A DNA stretch of 63,737 bases, filler included, from Octopus bimaculoides (GCF_001194135.2; 6 parts of 5 records of this genome joined end to end with filler, not necessarily neighbours in it); one strand, 5' to 3'; shown: positions 50,916-61,699, counted from the first letter of the whole stretch. The notes: a model not told the origin generated them from the sequence alone. Made by a program: numbers and translations.

Positions 50916-51945
50916 AGGCCTAGGGCAGAGAAACGAATTGTATACATTGGGAGGCCATTAAAACAAACACACCAGATTGTTCATTTACAGAGGCATGTGA
51001 TAGAGAAAAAGGAGAAGACAGTGAGAAAAGAGGAAAAAATAAAAAATAGAAAAGTAAACAAATAAAATAAACGGGGGAAGAAGGAAAGAAAATTTACAGC
51101 AACAATGCTCTTGTCAATACGTGTGACGTACCAGTTAAGACAATATTTTGCACTTCCTGTATGGTTGCTAAGCCAGGGATCATTCTTAAATAATTTTCAT
51201 TTCCCTTTTTGATCATTCCAAGTGCTCCTACAATCACTGGTATTGTAACTGTCTTGAAATGCCACATCTTTTCGATTTCGATTAGCAAATTTTTATATCT
51301 TCTGAGCTTAGCAAATTCTTTTGCCGAGATATTATGGTCACAGAGTATGCTCATGTCAATCAATAAACAGACTTTATTGTGTTTGTTTTGCACAACGGTA
51401 TCTGGTTTATTTGCCTTGATGGTCCGTTCTGTACATACTGGGAAGTCCCAAAGAATCGTTACATTTTCTCCCTCAGTTACTACTGCTTCAGGGTGGTACT
51501 TGTACCACTTGTCACCAGTTTTTCTTTTATAATGCTGACACGTTATCCAATGTAGATAGTGACCAACTCGGTGATGCCTTGACTTGTACTCTACAGGTGC
51601 GAAAACCTTACATCCAGAGATTAGGTTGCCCACTGTTTTTATCCCATCGTTGCAGAATCGGCACTTTGGGTCTACACCATTTTTCATCACACTAGCTTGA
51701 TAGTTCTGGGCAGCTAAGCTAACGCCTTCACTCTCTGCCTTTAGCCCTGAGCTCTGTACACACTGATGGGTGTGATTCTGGTCTACACCAGCTTGTTTGC
51801 TACGAGCTTCATATTTGCCATGCAGAGGTTTTTGTCCACACCTCTCAGCCAATTGTTCAGATGCATTTTGCCTTGCTATTGTTTTCACTTTCTTTGAAAC
51901 TACAGCTGCTGCACTTCCCTCATGCTATTCAACATGCTACAGTAT
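50916..51945 (-). mobile_element. 5'-truncated R4/Dong-like (R2-superfamily) non-LTR element: zinc knuckle, restriction-like endonuclease and 3' UTR
   Basis: 264-aa ORF 51094-51888 with KPLHGKY, CRFC..KTVGNLISGC (CCHC with H to N), YKSRHH, KPD...IDMS, K..KY-like and IVGALG motifs. Confidence 0.88.
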
Positions 51946-52743
51946 ATAGAATATCATCGTTCTAGACACTGCTATTTGGTTTTAATACTGCTTCTATCGC
52001 TAATAATTATTTTTTAATAAGCCTGAAAGCTATTCGCGACATCTGTGTCTGAAAAGATGGTGATATCCTATATATGGTAGTAATGAGGTTTGACTAGTAA
52101 CCGATGACCGAATACTTCCCACTGATGATTTCCAGTGGGATAAAATCACGTGAAAAGGGAATTCCATCGCACATGACAGACGATTCTCGTCTATATACGA
52201 ACTATACGTGTGCTTTTATGCACTAAGCGACTATATAAGAGGATCTCTGCAGGCTAATAACGCAGTATTCGGTGTTCTATAAAGAAATATAAATTACCTC
52301 TGATATGAATACTGCTTTCGTTGCTAATAATTAATTTTTAAAGGCAGTTTAATCGGCAGAGAATTGGCAGAATCGAGAGAGCGTCCGTACCTTGCCGCAT
52401 TTCTTCCAACTCTGCGTTGAAGTCATGTCGAGGTCAACTTTGCCTTTCATCTTTTTGAGGTCGATTAAATAAAGTGCGATATGAGTAATAGGGCCGATGT
52501 AATGAACTAACTTCTCCACCTAAATTACTCGCCTTGAGCGAAAATTTGAAATAATTATCATTACTATTGCATCCATAATAGCATTATTTATCTGTTCATT
52601 ACCCGTGTGTAAAGCACGAAAAAAATAACATTAACATTTTTAATGGGGTATGTATGATGTTCTTCCGAAATAGAGAAAGAGTTAGTAAACGAAAACTTTG
52701 TGTGGATGTGTATCTTTCTTTTCCTCCTCCTCCTCCTCGTCTC

Positions 52744-52792
<49 letters not shown>

Positions 52793-53344
52793 GTATACAT
52801 GTGTGTAGAGAGAGAGAGAGAGAAAGAGAGATAGAGAGACATGCGCGCGCGCGCGCGCAACACGTAGACACCCATGTCCGTTTTCTATGATTCGCCTGAT
52901 TCCTTCTCTCACCCCAACTTTGCCTTTTACCACCGTAACCACTCCAAATCTTTCATTTCATACTCACAATTCCTACGCCTTCGCTGCCTACCAATGGTTT
53001 TTGAATTTTCGTTACCGTTTTAGTCTGCAGCCCTTCTGCTCCTTCCAATAGCCAACTCGAATTTTTCCCATGTTCCCGAGTTCGCTGCAAGAACATGCCC
53101 TTATATCGACATACTACAACCTTCCTTGTACCTATTCATCGTTACCTCCTTATCTCTGATTAGTTCACTCACACCCCTAAAAAATTACTAACTGTCTTCA
53201 ATTTCAGTTTTGTGGATTTATATACTGAAAAAAAATGAGTCGTGGGCTAACGGATNNNNNNNNNNCCTTATATCGACATACTGCAACCTTCCTTGTACCT
53301 ATTCATCGTTACCTCCTATCTCTGATTAGTTCACTCACACCCCT

Positions 53345-53625
53345 AAAAAATTACTAACTGTCTTCAATTTCAGTTTTGTGGATTTATATACTGAAAAAAA
53401 ATGAGTCGTGGGCTAACGGATGGCATCTCTGAACATCTACGAGATATCCGCTTAAACAACACTAAATCGCCTACCGGTCGCTATTTCAACTCACCCGCAT
53501 ATGCTACTCTCCATCTCTCAGTTTGGTATGTTATTTCACGGATCCCTTACCTCTCGTAACCGCTAAGAACAAAACCTCATCTTCCACCAAGGTCGCTCCT
53601 TCCATTTGAGTATGAATAGCATAAT
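53345..53625 (+). mobile_element. Penelope-like GIY-YIG endonuclease remnant
   Basis: CGFIY*KKMSRGLTDGISEHLRDIRLNNTKSPTGRYFNSP...EQNLIFHQG...MNS matches the YIGET.R.L..RF.EHL..I...HFN...EQ.LIF.LG...G.N layout. Confidence 0.75.
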
Positions 53626-53977
53626 TCTGGTTACATCACTACATCCTCCTACTGTTCACTCCACCATAAAACACCACACTTATACACCTCATGAACCATA
53701 TTCACTATCCTATACATTTAAACATCCACGTAGACCGACCTTAGCACGTATAAGTACACATACATAACTGTTTACTTCGTATTGATACGTACACCATCTC
53801 CCGTTACAGTAATAATCTCGACACAGATTTTCCCTCAGTATCCGAACATATCGCACACATCTGTCCTTCATTTGCTATACATTAATCCTATCCCTTGTAC
53901 TACATAAAGTCATTCACTATACATATGCATAAGCATAACCACTAGACTTCGTTTCTACTGTATGTGTTTATGTGTGC

Positions 53978-54020
<43 letters not shown>

Positions 54021-54594
54021 TGAGCGCGCGCGTGTGCGTGTGTGTGTGTGCTTGTATGTATCCAGATATAGATATTCGTGCTAACATTTATGTTCTTGGC
54101 TGCATGTGTTCTGTTACAAGAATTACTGCAGTACATATAACTATAAGGACTTTATCATTTTTGACACGTAGTAACAGCTAGTATCCTTTTCCCTTTTCTC
54201 TTCCATGCCTGTAGAGTTTGTCTCAAACCAAAAGTACCCTTCGAAAGTGCCGCCAGGTTTAGGATTGTTCTTAGTAAACTCCACCTTGAAAATCGTCACA
54301 AACACTTCAGCCATTTTGTCCACGTTTATGTTATCAGTTTTTCCGAGAACCTCATCACACTTGCTCTCTCCTGTGTACTGTAAAGTTAGAACTTCCACAA
54401 ATCACATTGCCCGACCGAAAGAGGGCGAAGTGATGCCAGGCTCTCTTGAAGGTCATTGGTGATAATTGCTTTTGATCTAAACTCAAGGACAAGAATATTG
54501 TAGATGCATTCGGTTGATATCATTGACCGTGTATTTGTAAAGGCAAAAAAATAACACCAGCAGCAGCGATGGCAGTGGTGATGGTGGAGAGGGA

Positions 54595-54640
54595 TTATTT
54601 GCGGTGGTTTGGGCTGTGCGAGTGGTGGGGGTGGTATTCA
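54595..54640 (-). CDS. Possible terminal coding exon of IQSEC (xEYHPHHSHSPNHRK*)
   Basis: Strong acceptor gtttcctttcgtattgcag and a short His/Pro-rich peptide; the linking exon(s) are not visible. Confidence 0.25.
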
Positions 54641-55298
54641 CTGCAATACGAAAGGAAACTCATCGAAAGGCCGAAAGGCGCCAGTTCTTCCTCCGTCATC
54701 TAGATAACGTACCGGTTGTTACAAGCAAATGAATAAACATAGACTATACGTACGAATTCTGAACATGTCTACATAGATTCATTGCATACAATTGTGTATA
54801 TGTATGTGTGTATATGTGTGCTATGTATATGCATACATGTCTGTGTTATGTATGTACACATACATATATATGTAGATATGTTTGTATGTATATGCACATA
54901 TACGTACCCTTAATGATAATAGATGATAAGGCCACCCATTCAGCATAAATTTCAACAGAACAGAATGTATAGCCTGATATCATTGATACCATCACCAACA
55001 CCAAAATCACCTAATACTCTCACCAACTCCTAATAAATATTTATTACAGATTAATATGTAATATCTTATGAAAGACGTCGTTATGAACTGTTACTGGGGA
55101 AATACAAGACAATCTGATTATTTATGATATAACACGATATATAGAGTGCTTACACACGCACACACACAAACACACACGTACACGCGTATGTAAAGATGTG
55201 TGTGTCTGTGTGTGTGTGTGTGTGTGTATTTATGAAGAGGTGCTGAAAAGTTCCAGGCTTTAAAAGTATAGGCCTGGTTCCGAGTTCTTTTACAAACC

Positions 55299-55460
55299 TC
55301 GGTGCTCTACCAGCATGCCAAAGAACAACATGGTGGTGTACTGGACAGAATTAACATAGAAATCCTGTCTAGACACCCCGGTGACGCATCGTTGCGACAA
55401 ATACAGGAGTCGGTCCTCATAACTGAAACGCAACCAATTTTAAACACCAAATACACGTAG
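55299..55460 (+). mobile_element. Second Penelope-like GIY-YIG C-terminal remnant, different subtype
   Basis: SVLYQHAKEQHGGVLDRINIEILSRHPGDASLRQIQESVLITETQPILNTKYT* fits the S.L..H....H...EIL....D...RQI.E.V.I....P.LN.K pattern. Confidence 0.7.
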
Positions 55461-55682
55461 ATGAGGGCCTTACAATTGCCCATGGTTGCATGTGTTGTTC
55501 ACACATATGATGCGGAATATGAACGTAAATAAATTAATTAAAAAGTCTCTATCTGATCTGATATAAACGAAATTGTTACAAANNNNNNNNNNNNNNNNNN
55601 NNNNNNNNNNNNNNNNNNNNNNNNNNTTAATTAATTAANNNNNNNNNNNNNNNNNNNNNNNNNNNNNNNNNNNNNNNNNNNN

Positions 55683-56141
55683 CCCCATGGCTGTTTAATA
55701 CCTGACCCATGGCTATTTAATACCTGACCCATGGCTATTTAATACCTGACCCATGGCTATTTAATACCTGAACCATGGCTGTTTAATACCTGACCCATGG
55801 CTGTCTAATACCTAGCTGATGGCTATTTAATACCTGACCAATGGCTATTTAATACCTGACCAATGGCTATTTAATACCTGACCCATTGCTGTCTAATACC
55901 TGACCCATGGCTTTTTAATACCTGACCCATGGCTTTTTAATACCTGACCCATGGCTATTTAATACCTGGCCCATGGCAATTTAAAACCTGACCCATGGCA
56001 ATTTAATACCTGACCATGGCTATTTAATACCTGACCCATGCCTATTTAATACCTGACCCATGGCTATTTAATACCTGGCCCATGGCTATTTAATACCTGA
56101 CCCATGGCTATTTAATACCTGACCCATGGCTATTTAATACC
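55683..56141. repeat. 22-bp minisatellite (CCCATGGCTATTTAATACCTGA) x about 21, bounded by gaps
   Basis: Direct reading; no spacers between units. Confidence 0.97.
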
Positions 56142-56718
56142 NNNNNNNNNNNNNNNNNNNNNNNNNNNNNNNNNNNNNNNNNNNNNNNNNNNNNNNNNNN
56201 NNNNNNNNNNNNNNNNNNNNNNNNNNNNNNNNNNNNNNNNNNNNNNNNNNNNNNNNNNNNNNNNNNNNNNNNNNNNNNNNNNNNNNNNNNNNNNNNNNNN
56301 NNNNNNNNNNNNNNNNNNNNNNNNNNNNNNNNNNNNNNNNNNNNNNNNNNNNNNNNNNNNNNNNNNNNNNNNNNNNNNNNNNNNNNNNNNNNNNNNNNNN
56401 NNNNNNNNNNNNNNNNNNNNNNNNNNNNNNNNNNNNNNNNNNNNNNNNNNNNNNNNNNNNNNNNNNNNNNNNNNNNNNNNNNNNNNNNNNNNNNNNNNNN
56501 NNNNNNNNNNNNNNNNNNNNNNNNNNNNNNNNNNNNNNNNNNNNNNNNNNNNNNNNNNNNNNNNNNNNNNNNNNNNNNNNNNNNNNNNNNNNNNNNNNNN
56601 NNNNNNNNNNNNNNNNNNNNNNNNNNNNNNNNNNNNNNNNNNNNNNNNNNNNNNNNNNNNNNNNNNNNNNNNNNNNNNNNNNNNNNNNNNNNNNNNNNNN
56701 NNNNNNNNNNNNNNNNNN

Positions 56719-56982
56719 GCCAGGGGATGGTGGCAAACCCTGCTGTACTCTTTCACCACAACTTTCTCTCACTCTTACTTCCTGTTTCTGTTGTGCCTGT
56801 AATTCAAAGGGTCAGCCTTGTCACACTCTGTGTCACGCTGAATATCCCCCAAGAACTACGTTAAGGGTACACGTGTCTGTGGAGTGCTCAGCCACTTGCA
56901 AGTTAATCTCACGAACAGGCTGTTCCGTTGATCGGATCGACTGGAACCCTTGTCGTCGTAAGCGACGGAGTGCCAACAACAC
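56719..56982 (+). mobile_element. Family D SINE 3' part; another partial copy at 58498-58725 (minus)
   Basis: Colinear with 358-726. Confidence 0.85.
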
Positions 56983-57124
56983 AGTGCCAGACTGGATTCG
57001 ACCTGCTGATCTTTATTGCGTACACTCACAGCATGTTTCAAATGATTCATAATAAGAGCAACAACATCAGGAGACACACAGACAGACAAAGGAAAATGGA
57101 AAAAGAAAAGGTAAACCTGCTTAC

Positions 57125-57240
57125 CTCAAGGATAGCTTCTTTGAGGTCTTCGACAAACTTTTGCCGATCGTGGTCGTTCCGTGCGTTAAATGTGATAAGG
57201 ACTTTACCATTGCTTGACAACCTAATACCATATTGATAAT
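57125..57240 (-). CDS. IQSEC: IQSEC PH-domain exon (YQYGIRLSSNGKVLITFNARNDHDRQKFVEDLKEAILE)
   Basis: tttacag acceptor, gtaagc donor, 116 nt, phase 1 to 0; matches IQSEC1 YPNGIRL...KVLINFNAPNPQDRKKFTDDLRESIAE as recalled. Confidence 0.95.
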
Positions 57241-57384
57241 CTGTAAATGAGAGAGAGAGAGACATAGGAATTACCATTATTATAAAGTTAAAGAAGTGAT
57301 TTTAAATTCTCAATCGCAGAATAATGTTAATAATATAGCCCGAACAGGATAAACTACCCCTATTTTGCAGAGAAAAGTGTAGGT

Positions 57385-57458
57385 GGTTAGCTGTGGACTC
57401 GAACTCACATCCCCGTGATTACATGTCACGATGCTTTGACCGATTAAGCTAAACTACC
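57385..57458 (-). pseudogene. tRNA-like sequence (degenerate, TGT at the anticodon position) in a 309-bp tandem unit
   Basis: GGTAGTT-TAGCTTAATCGGTCAAAGCA-TCGTGA CATGTAA TCACGG-GGAT-GTGAGTTCGAGTCCAC-AGCTAACC, followed by a TTTT run; non-canonical position 33 and a defective T-stem. Confidence 0.6.
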
Positions 57459-57693
57459 CACTACAAATTCCTCTGCAAATTAAGATATATAAATCTCGCT
57501 TTATGAGACGCTCTCATATGTTAATTCAAGTTATGGCAAACGTAAATAAACAAACAAAGTTTGCTTTTAGAAGCGTTGAGATGTCTTTTAGAAAGTTAAA
57601 GAAGTGATGTTTAAATTCTCAATCGCAGAATAATGCTAATAATATAGCTTGAACAGGATAAACTACCCCTATTTTGCAGAAACAAGTGTAGGT

Positions 57694-57767
57694 GGTTAGC
57701 TGTGGACACGAACTCACATCCCCGTGATTACGCGTCATGATGCTCTGACCTATTGAGCTAAACTCGC
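57694..57767 (-). pseudogene. Second tRNA-like copy (CGT at the anticodon position)
   Basis: Same layout 309 bp away; loop CGCGTAA. Confidence 0.55.
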
Positions 57768-58065
57768 CCACTACAGATTCCTCTGCAAATTTAAGATGTA
57801 TAGAAATCTCGCTTTATGTTTGTATGTACATGTCTTTGTGTCTGTGTTTGTTCACCGCCCAGACTTGACAACCGGTGTTGGTGTGTTTACATCCCCATAA
57901 CATAACAGTTCAACAAAACAGACTGAAAAACAAATAAGTACTAGGATCGATTCATTGGACTGAAAATTCAAGGCAAGTGCTACAGCATGGCCACAATCTA
58001 CTCACTGAAACAAATGTAAGAGGTACAAAGGTACGCAGAGACGGTGTCTCGCAGGTGATACTTAC

Positions 58066-58165
58066 GTGAGGTCTCAAACAGATACGCCTGCATGCCGTAC
58101 AGTGAGAAATACTGCTTGAAGGAGTAAGTGATACCTGTCTTTTTCTTACTAAATATTTTGGTAAT
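58066..58165 (-). CDS. IQSEC: IQSEC PH-domain exon (ITKIFSKKKTGITYSFKQYFSLYGMQAYLFETS)
   Basis: tttcag acceptor, gtaagt donor, 100 nt, phase 0 to 1; matches VTKIFQKKKNSVTYSFRQSFSLYGMQV.LFE. Absent from the ORF track. Confidence 0.96.
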
Positions 58166-58887
58166 CTGAAAGTAGAAAAGGTAAACCAGGTGTAGTCAAA
58201 AAGTATCCGACCTTTGGGCTAAAAGACAAGTGATATTAAAAAACAAAAAACTTTGTATATATATATATATAAAGTTTAATCTTTTATTCTTAATAATTTT
58301 TTTCTTTCCTAATTTTTTCATTCATAATTTTTTCATTCATATTTTTATTCTTTGTAAGGACTTATTCTTTGTAAGCCTAGNNNNNNNNNNAAGTGATGGG
58401 GACAAACACACCAGCATCGGTTGTCAAGCGATGTCGAGGGGGACAAACACACACACACACACACACACAAACATATACATTATTATTATTATTATTATGC
58501 GCCCTTTTTAAAGCCTAGCCAGGCTCATGGGCCCGGTTTCCCGGTCTCTATGGCGAATGTGTTTCCCTCCAGCTGGACTGGACGCCAGTCCATCGCAGCA
58601 TTGCTTAAGAAACAGGAAGAAAGAGTGAGAGAAAGAGTACAACAGGGGTTGCCACCATCCCCTGCCGGAGCCTCATGGAGCTTTAGGTGTTTTCGCTCAA
58701 GAAACACTCACAACACCCAGTCTGGGAGAAACACAAATATAACATGAGAGAGAGAAAGTGAAGATGAGAAAGAGAGGTGTGGAGTAGCAGAGAGAGGTAT
58801 AAGCCATACCAGTGGGACCAACTGTCCGATTCCTCTATCTCTCTCTCTCTCTCTTTTTCATTGAGTGCAAAGCACCATAGAACTTAC

Positions 58888-59013
58888 CAGAATAATATCA
58901 TTAAAAAGAAAGACTTCCCGCTGATGTAGACCAATCTTCTCTTTCTTGTAAGGGTCATGGATCTCGTAAAGTCGGCAATAACATACTAGCCGCCGGTGCG
59001 GTAACGCCAATTG
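58888..59013 (-). CDS. IQSEC: IQSEC PH-domain exon (QLALPHRRLVCYCRLYEIHDPYKKEKIGLHQREVFLFNDIIL)
   Basis: ccacag acceptor, gtaagt donor, 126 nt, phase 0/0; LPHRRLVCYCRL and GLHQRE.FLFND are IQSEC signatures. Confidence 0.97.
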
Positions 59014-59359
59014 CTGTGGAGAGAAAACAACAGAGACATCATTATACATTGAGGTAAACACAGGGATTTTATATATGTGTATATACATACACTAATATCA
59101 AACAGTGAGAATCAGTACTCAACATCGCATTAGGTATCCTGTATTTGTCAATTTGTCAGTTAACAAGGCTACCAATGGTTTCATGTGGGAAGGTCTTTAC
59201 AATTGTCCAAGTGTACCACCACATGGAAGTGTTGGTAGTCATCTTCATTTTGGATGAGATGGAGAAGAGAACCAGAAAAATGATGTGGCACACTCAAACA
59301 ATTAACCAGATCTCTTCACATGAAATTACTGGTTCCTTGTTAACCCACATATATGTGTA

Positions 59360-59419
<60 letters not shown>

Positions 59420-59420
<1 letters not shown>

Positions 59421-59895
59421 CGTGTCGGGCTGCACAGAGACCATGACTGTAGCAGTGTGACATAGAGAGGCGCCTGCACCAGTGCCATGTAGAGAGGCAC
59501 CTGAGCTAGTGTCAAGTAGAGAAGCATCTGCGCCAGTGCCCCACGTTGATGCTCCCATGGCACTTCCATAGAGCAGCACCTGTACCAGTTCCATGTATAG
59601 AGGCACCACTTCCAGTGGCACGTGCCAAAGCTCCCATGGCACTTCCACATACTGATGCTCCCATGTCAGTTCCATGCAGAGTGGCACCTGTTCCAGTGGC
59701 ACATAGAAAGGCCCTGGTACTCGTGCCACGTAAGAAGCACCCAGCACACTTTGCAAAGTGGTTTCCATTAGGAAGGGCCTCCATCCACAGAAACCATGTC
59801 AAACAGAGCGTGGGGCAGCTCTCCAGGTCTTGCCATCTCCTGTCAAACCGACCGACCCATGCCAACATGAAAAACTGACGTAGAATGACAATGAC
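59420..59895 (+). repeat. Degenerate about 27-bp tandem array fused to a family C tail
   Basis: Repeats of GCACCTG.ACCAGTGCCATGTAGAGAG leading into GCCACGTAAGAAGCACCC...AGGAAGGGC. Confidence 0.7.
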
Positions 59896-59978
59896 ACGCG
59901 CGCGCGCAAGCGTATATACTCATACAAACACACCCAGCAACACTCCAACATTATTCCCACACACACATACATACGCAC

Positions 59979-60118
59979 CGGTTTCTTTCCGACGATAGTC
60001 TGCTCTACTTTCATCACTTGTGATTGGTGATCCACCCCAGGTTGGAAATCCTGTACCCGGATCCTCTCGTAGATCCCTCTTAGTAAATCCCTATCTATGT
60101 CGTCTGTCTCATCAATAC
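59979..60118 (-). CDS. IQSEC: IQSEC Sec7 C-terminal exon (GIDETDDIDRDLLRGIYERIRVQDFQPGVDHQSQVMKVEQTIVGKKP)
   Basis: tctttag acceptor, gtgcgt donor, 140 nt, phase 1 to 0. Confidence 0.96.
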
Positions 60119-60177
60119 CTAAAGAAAAAACAAGAAACAAAAACGTGAGCATATGTGTATATACATATATATATATA

Positions 60178-60208
<31 letters not shown>

Positions 60209-60939
60209 NNNNNNNNNNNNNNNNNNNNNNNNNNNNNNNNNNNNNNNNNNNNNNNNNNNNNNNNNNNNNNNNNNNNNNNNNNNNNNNNNNNNNNNNNNNN
60301 NNNNNNNNNNNNNNNNNNNNNNNNNNNNNNNNNNNNNNNNNNNNNNNNNNNNNNNNNNNNNNNNNNNNNNNNNNNNNNNNNNNNNNNNNNNNNNNNNNNN
60401 NNNNNNNNNNNNNNNNNNNNNNNNNNNNNNNNNNNNNNNNNNNNNNNNNNNNNNNNNNNNNNNNNNNNNNNNNNNNNNNNNNNTATATATACACAAGAAG
60501 AAATAATATTTGTTTCTTTTTATGGAAACAAAAGGGTTTCTAGGACTGCAGAAGAAGTGCTCAAATATAAATAAGACAAAGATAAGGAAGCATTGGTTAT
60601 AGAACAAACATTAATTTGGGGTTTTTTAAAAATTATATAAGCTTTTCATGAATTTTTCTTTTAAATTATATAAGCTTTTCATATAAAGAAAAATTTTTTC
60701 ATCTGTGTGTGTCTCATGCTTATCCTGATGAGAGGGGTCATCCCCGTGAAGTACTTTAGTGTAAATGAACTGCAATGGTGAGCTCCAGAAACGGCCATAG
60801 ATATATGTGAATGTTGAATTTGACCTGTGGAAGTCTGCTTATTATGAACTTTTGGACGTAGAGGAGTGAAAGACTGTGTGAGGGGAGTAAAAGACTTTTT
60901 CCAAACTGTGAATTTGACCCGTGGAAGTCTGTTTACTCA

Positions 60940-61285
60940 TGAACGTCTTTGATCATTGGTTTGTCTGGATCAGGACTGACCTGGGGCTAAACAGTAAATA
61001 TAGCCACTAATACTAACTCCTATACTATACATTAGATAATGTAGTTCTAGATACACTATGTCTGAATAAAAGACGGGATGGTCACAGGTGGAATGTCTTT
61101 GATCATAGGTCTGTCAGGAACAGGACTGACTTGGGGTTAAACAATAGCAGCAACCATTAGGTAATGTAGTCCTAGATACACTATGCCTGAATAAAAGATG
61201 GGGTGGTCACAGCTGGAACGTCTCTGATCATAGGTCTGTCTGGATCAGGACTGACCTGGGGTTAAATAACAACAACAACAACAAC
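60940..61285 (+). repeat. About 2.5 tandem copies of a 125-135 bp retroposon 3' fragment ending in (AAC)n
   Basis: ATTAG.TAATGTAGT.CTAGATACACTATG.CTGAATAAAAGA...GTCT.TGATCATAGGTCTGTC...GGACTGAC.TGGGGTTAAA repeated; relatives at 11385-11500 and 33650-33755. Confidence 0.75.
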
Positions 61286-61320
61286 ACCAGTATGAAGAGC
61301 AACAAAAGGGTCGTCCTTAC

Positions 61321-61495
61321 CTCGGAGGTTTTTAATAAAATCTTCCAGTTTCATGCGTTTATCACTTTTGATATTGGAGTTGTGTAGGTCTGTGTTTAGC
61401 ATGATTATGGCAAACGCCAACAGGAAGATTGTGTCGGGGTTACGGAAGTTCTTGATTTGGTCGGGGTTACATATACAGTAGCGGTGGGCAAATGC
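61321..61495 (-). CDS. IQSEC: IQSEC Sec7 exon ([12 protein letters not shown]...[38 protein letters not shown])
   Basis: ccaccag acceptor, gtaagg donor, 175 nt, phase 0 to 1; AF..RY and [13 protein letters not shown] are Sec7 motifs. Absent from the ORF track. Confidence 0.97.
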
Positions 61496-61699
61496 CTGGT
61501 GGTCGTCGTGGTTGGAGTGGGTGATGGTGATGGTTAAATAGAGAGAAATACATTAGAATTCAGTAATAAATACAGGGGGGGGGGTCAAGTTTAAACAGAT
61601 ATATATAATAGCAAAATGTTACTTATTCAGTGGTGGGAGCCACGATTGGATTGGATTGTGGTAGTGGTGGTTAAATAGAGAGATAGATATATTCTATCA

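Noticed and set aside
55683-56141. CRISPR-like array (also 8374-8495)
   Set aside because: Units are directly adjacent with no unique spacers, there are no cas genes, and the context is eukaryotic.
57385-57767. Functional tRNA-Thr genes
   Set aside because: Position 33 is not U, the T-stem is defective and the acceptor stems have mismatches; treated as pseudogene-like.
59340-59878. Overlapping 110-142 aa ORFs with GTGA repeats
   Set aside because: By-product of the 27-bp tandem array inside an IQSEC intron.
60724-60760. Hammerhead-like CTGATGA-GAGGGG(TCAT)CCCC
   Set aside because: GAAA is replaced by GTGAAG and no stem I partner follows; at best a decayed copy.
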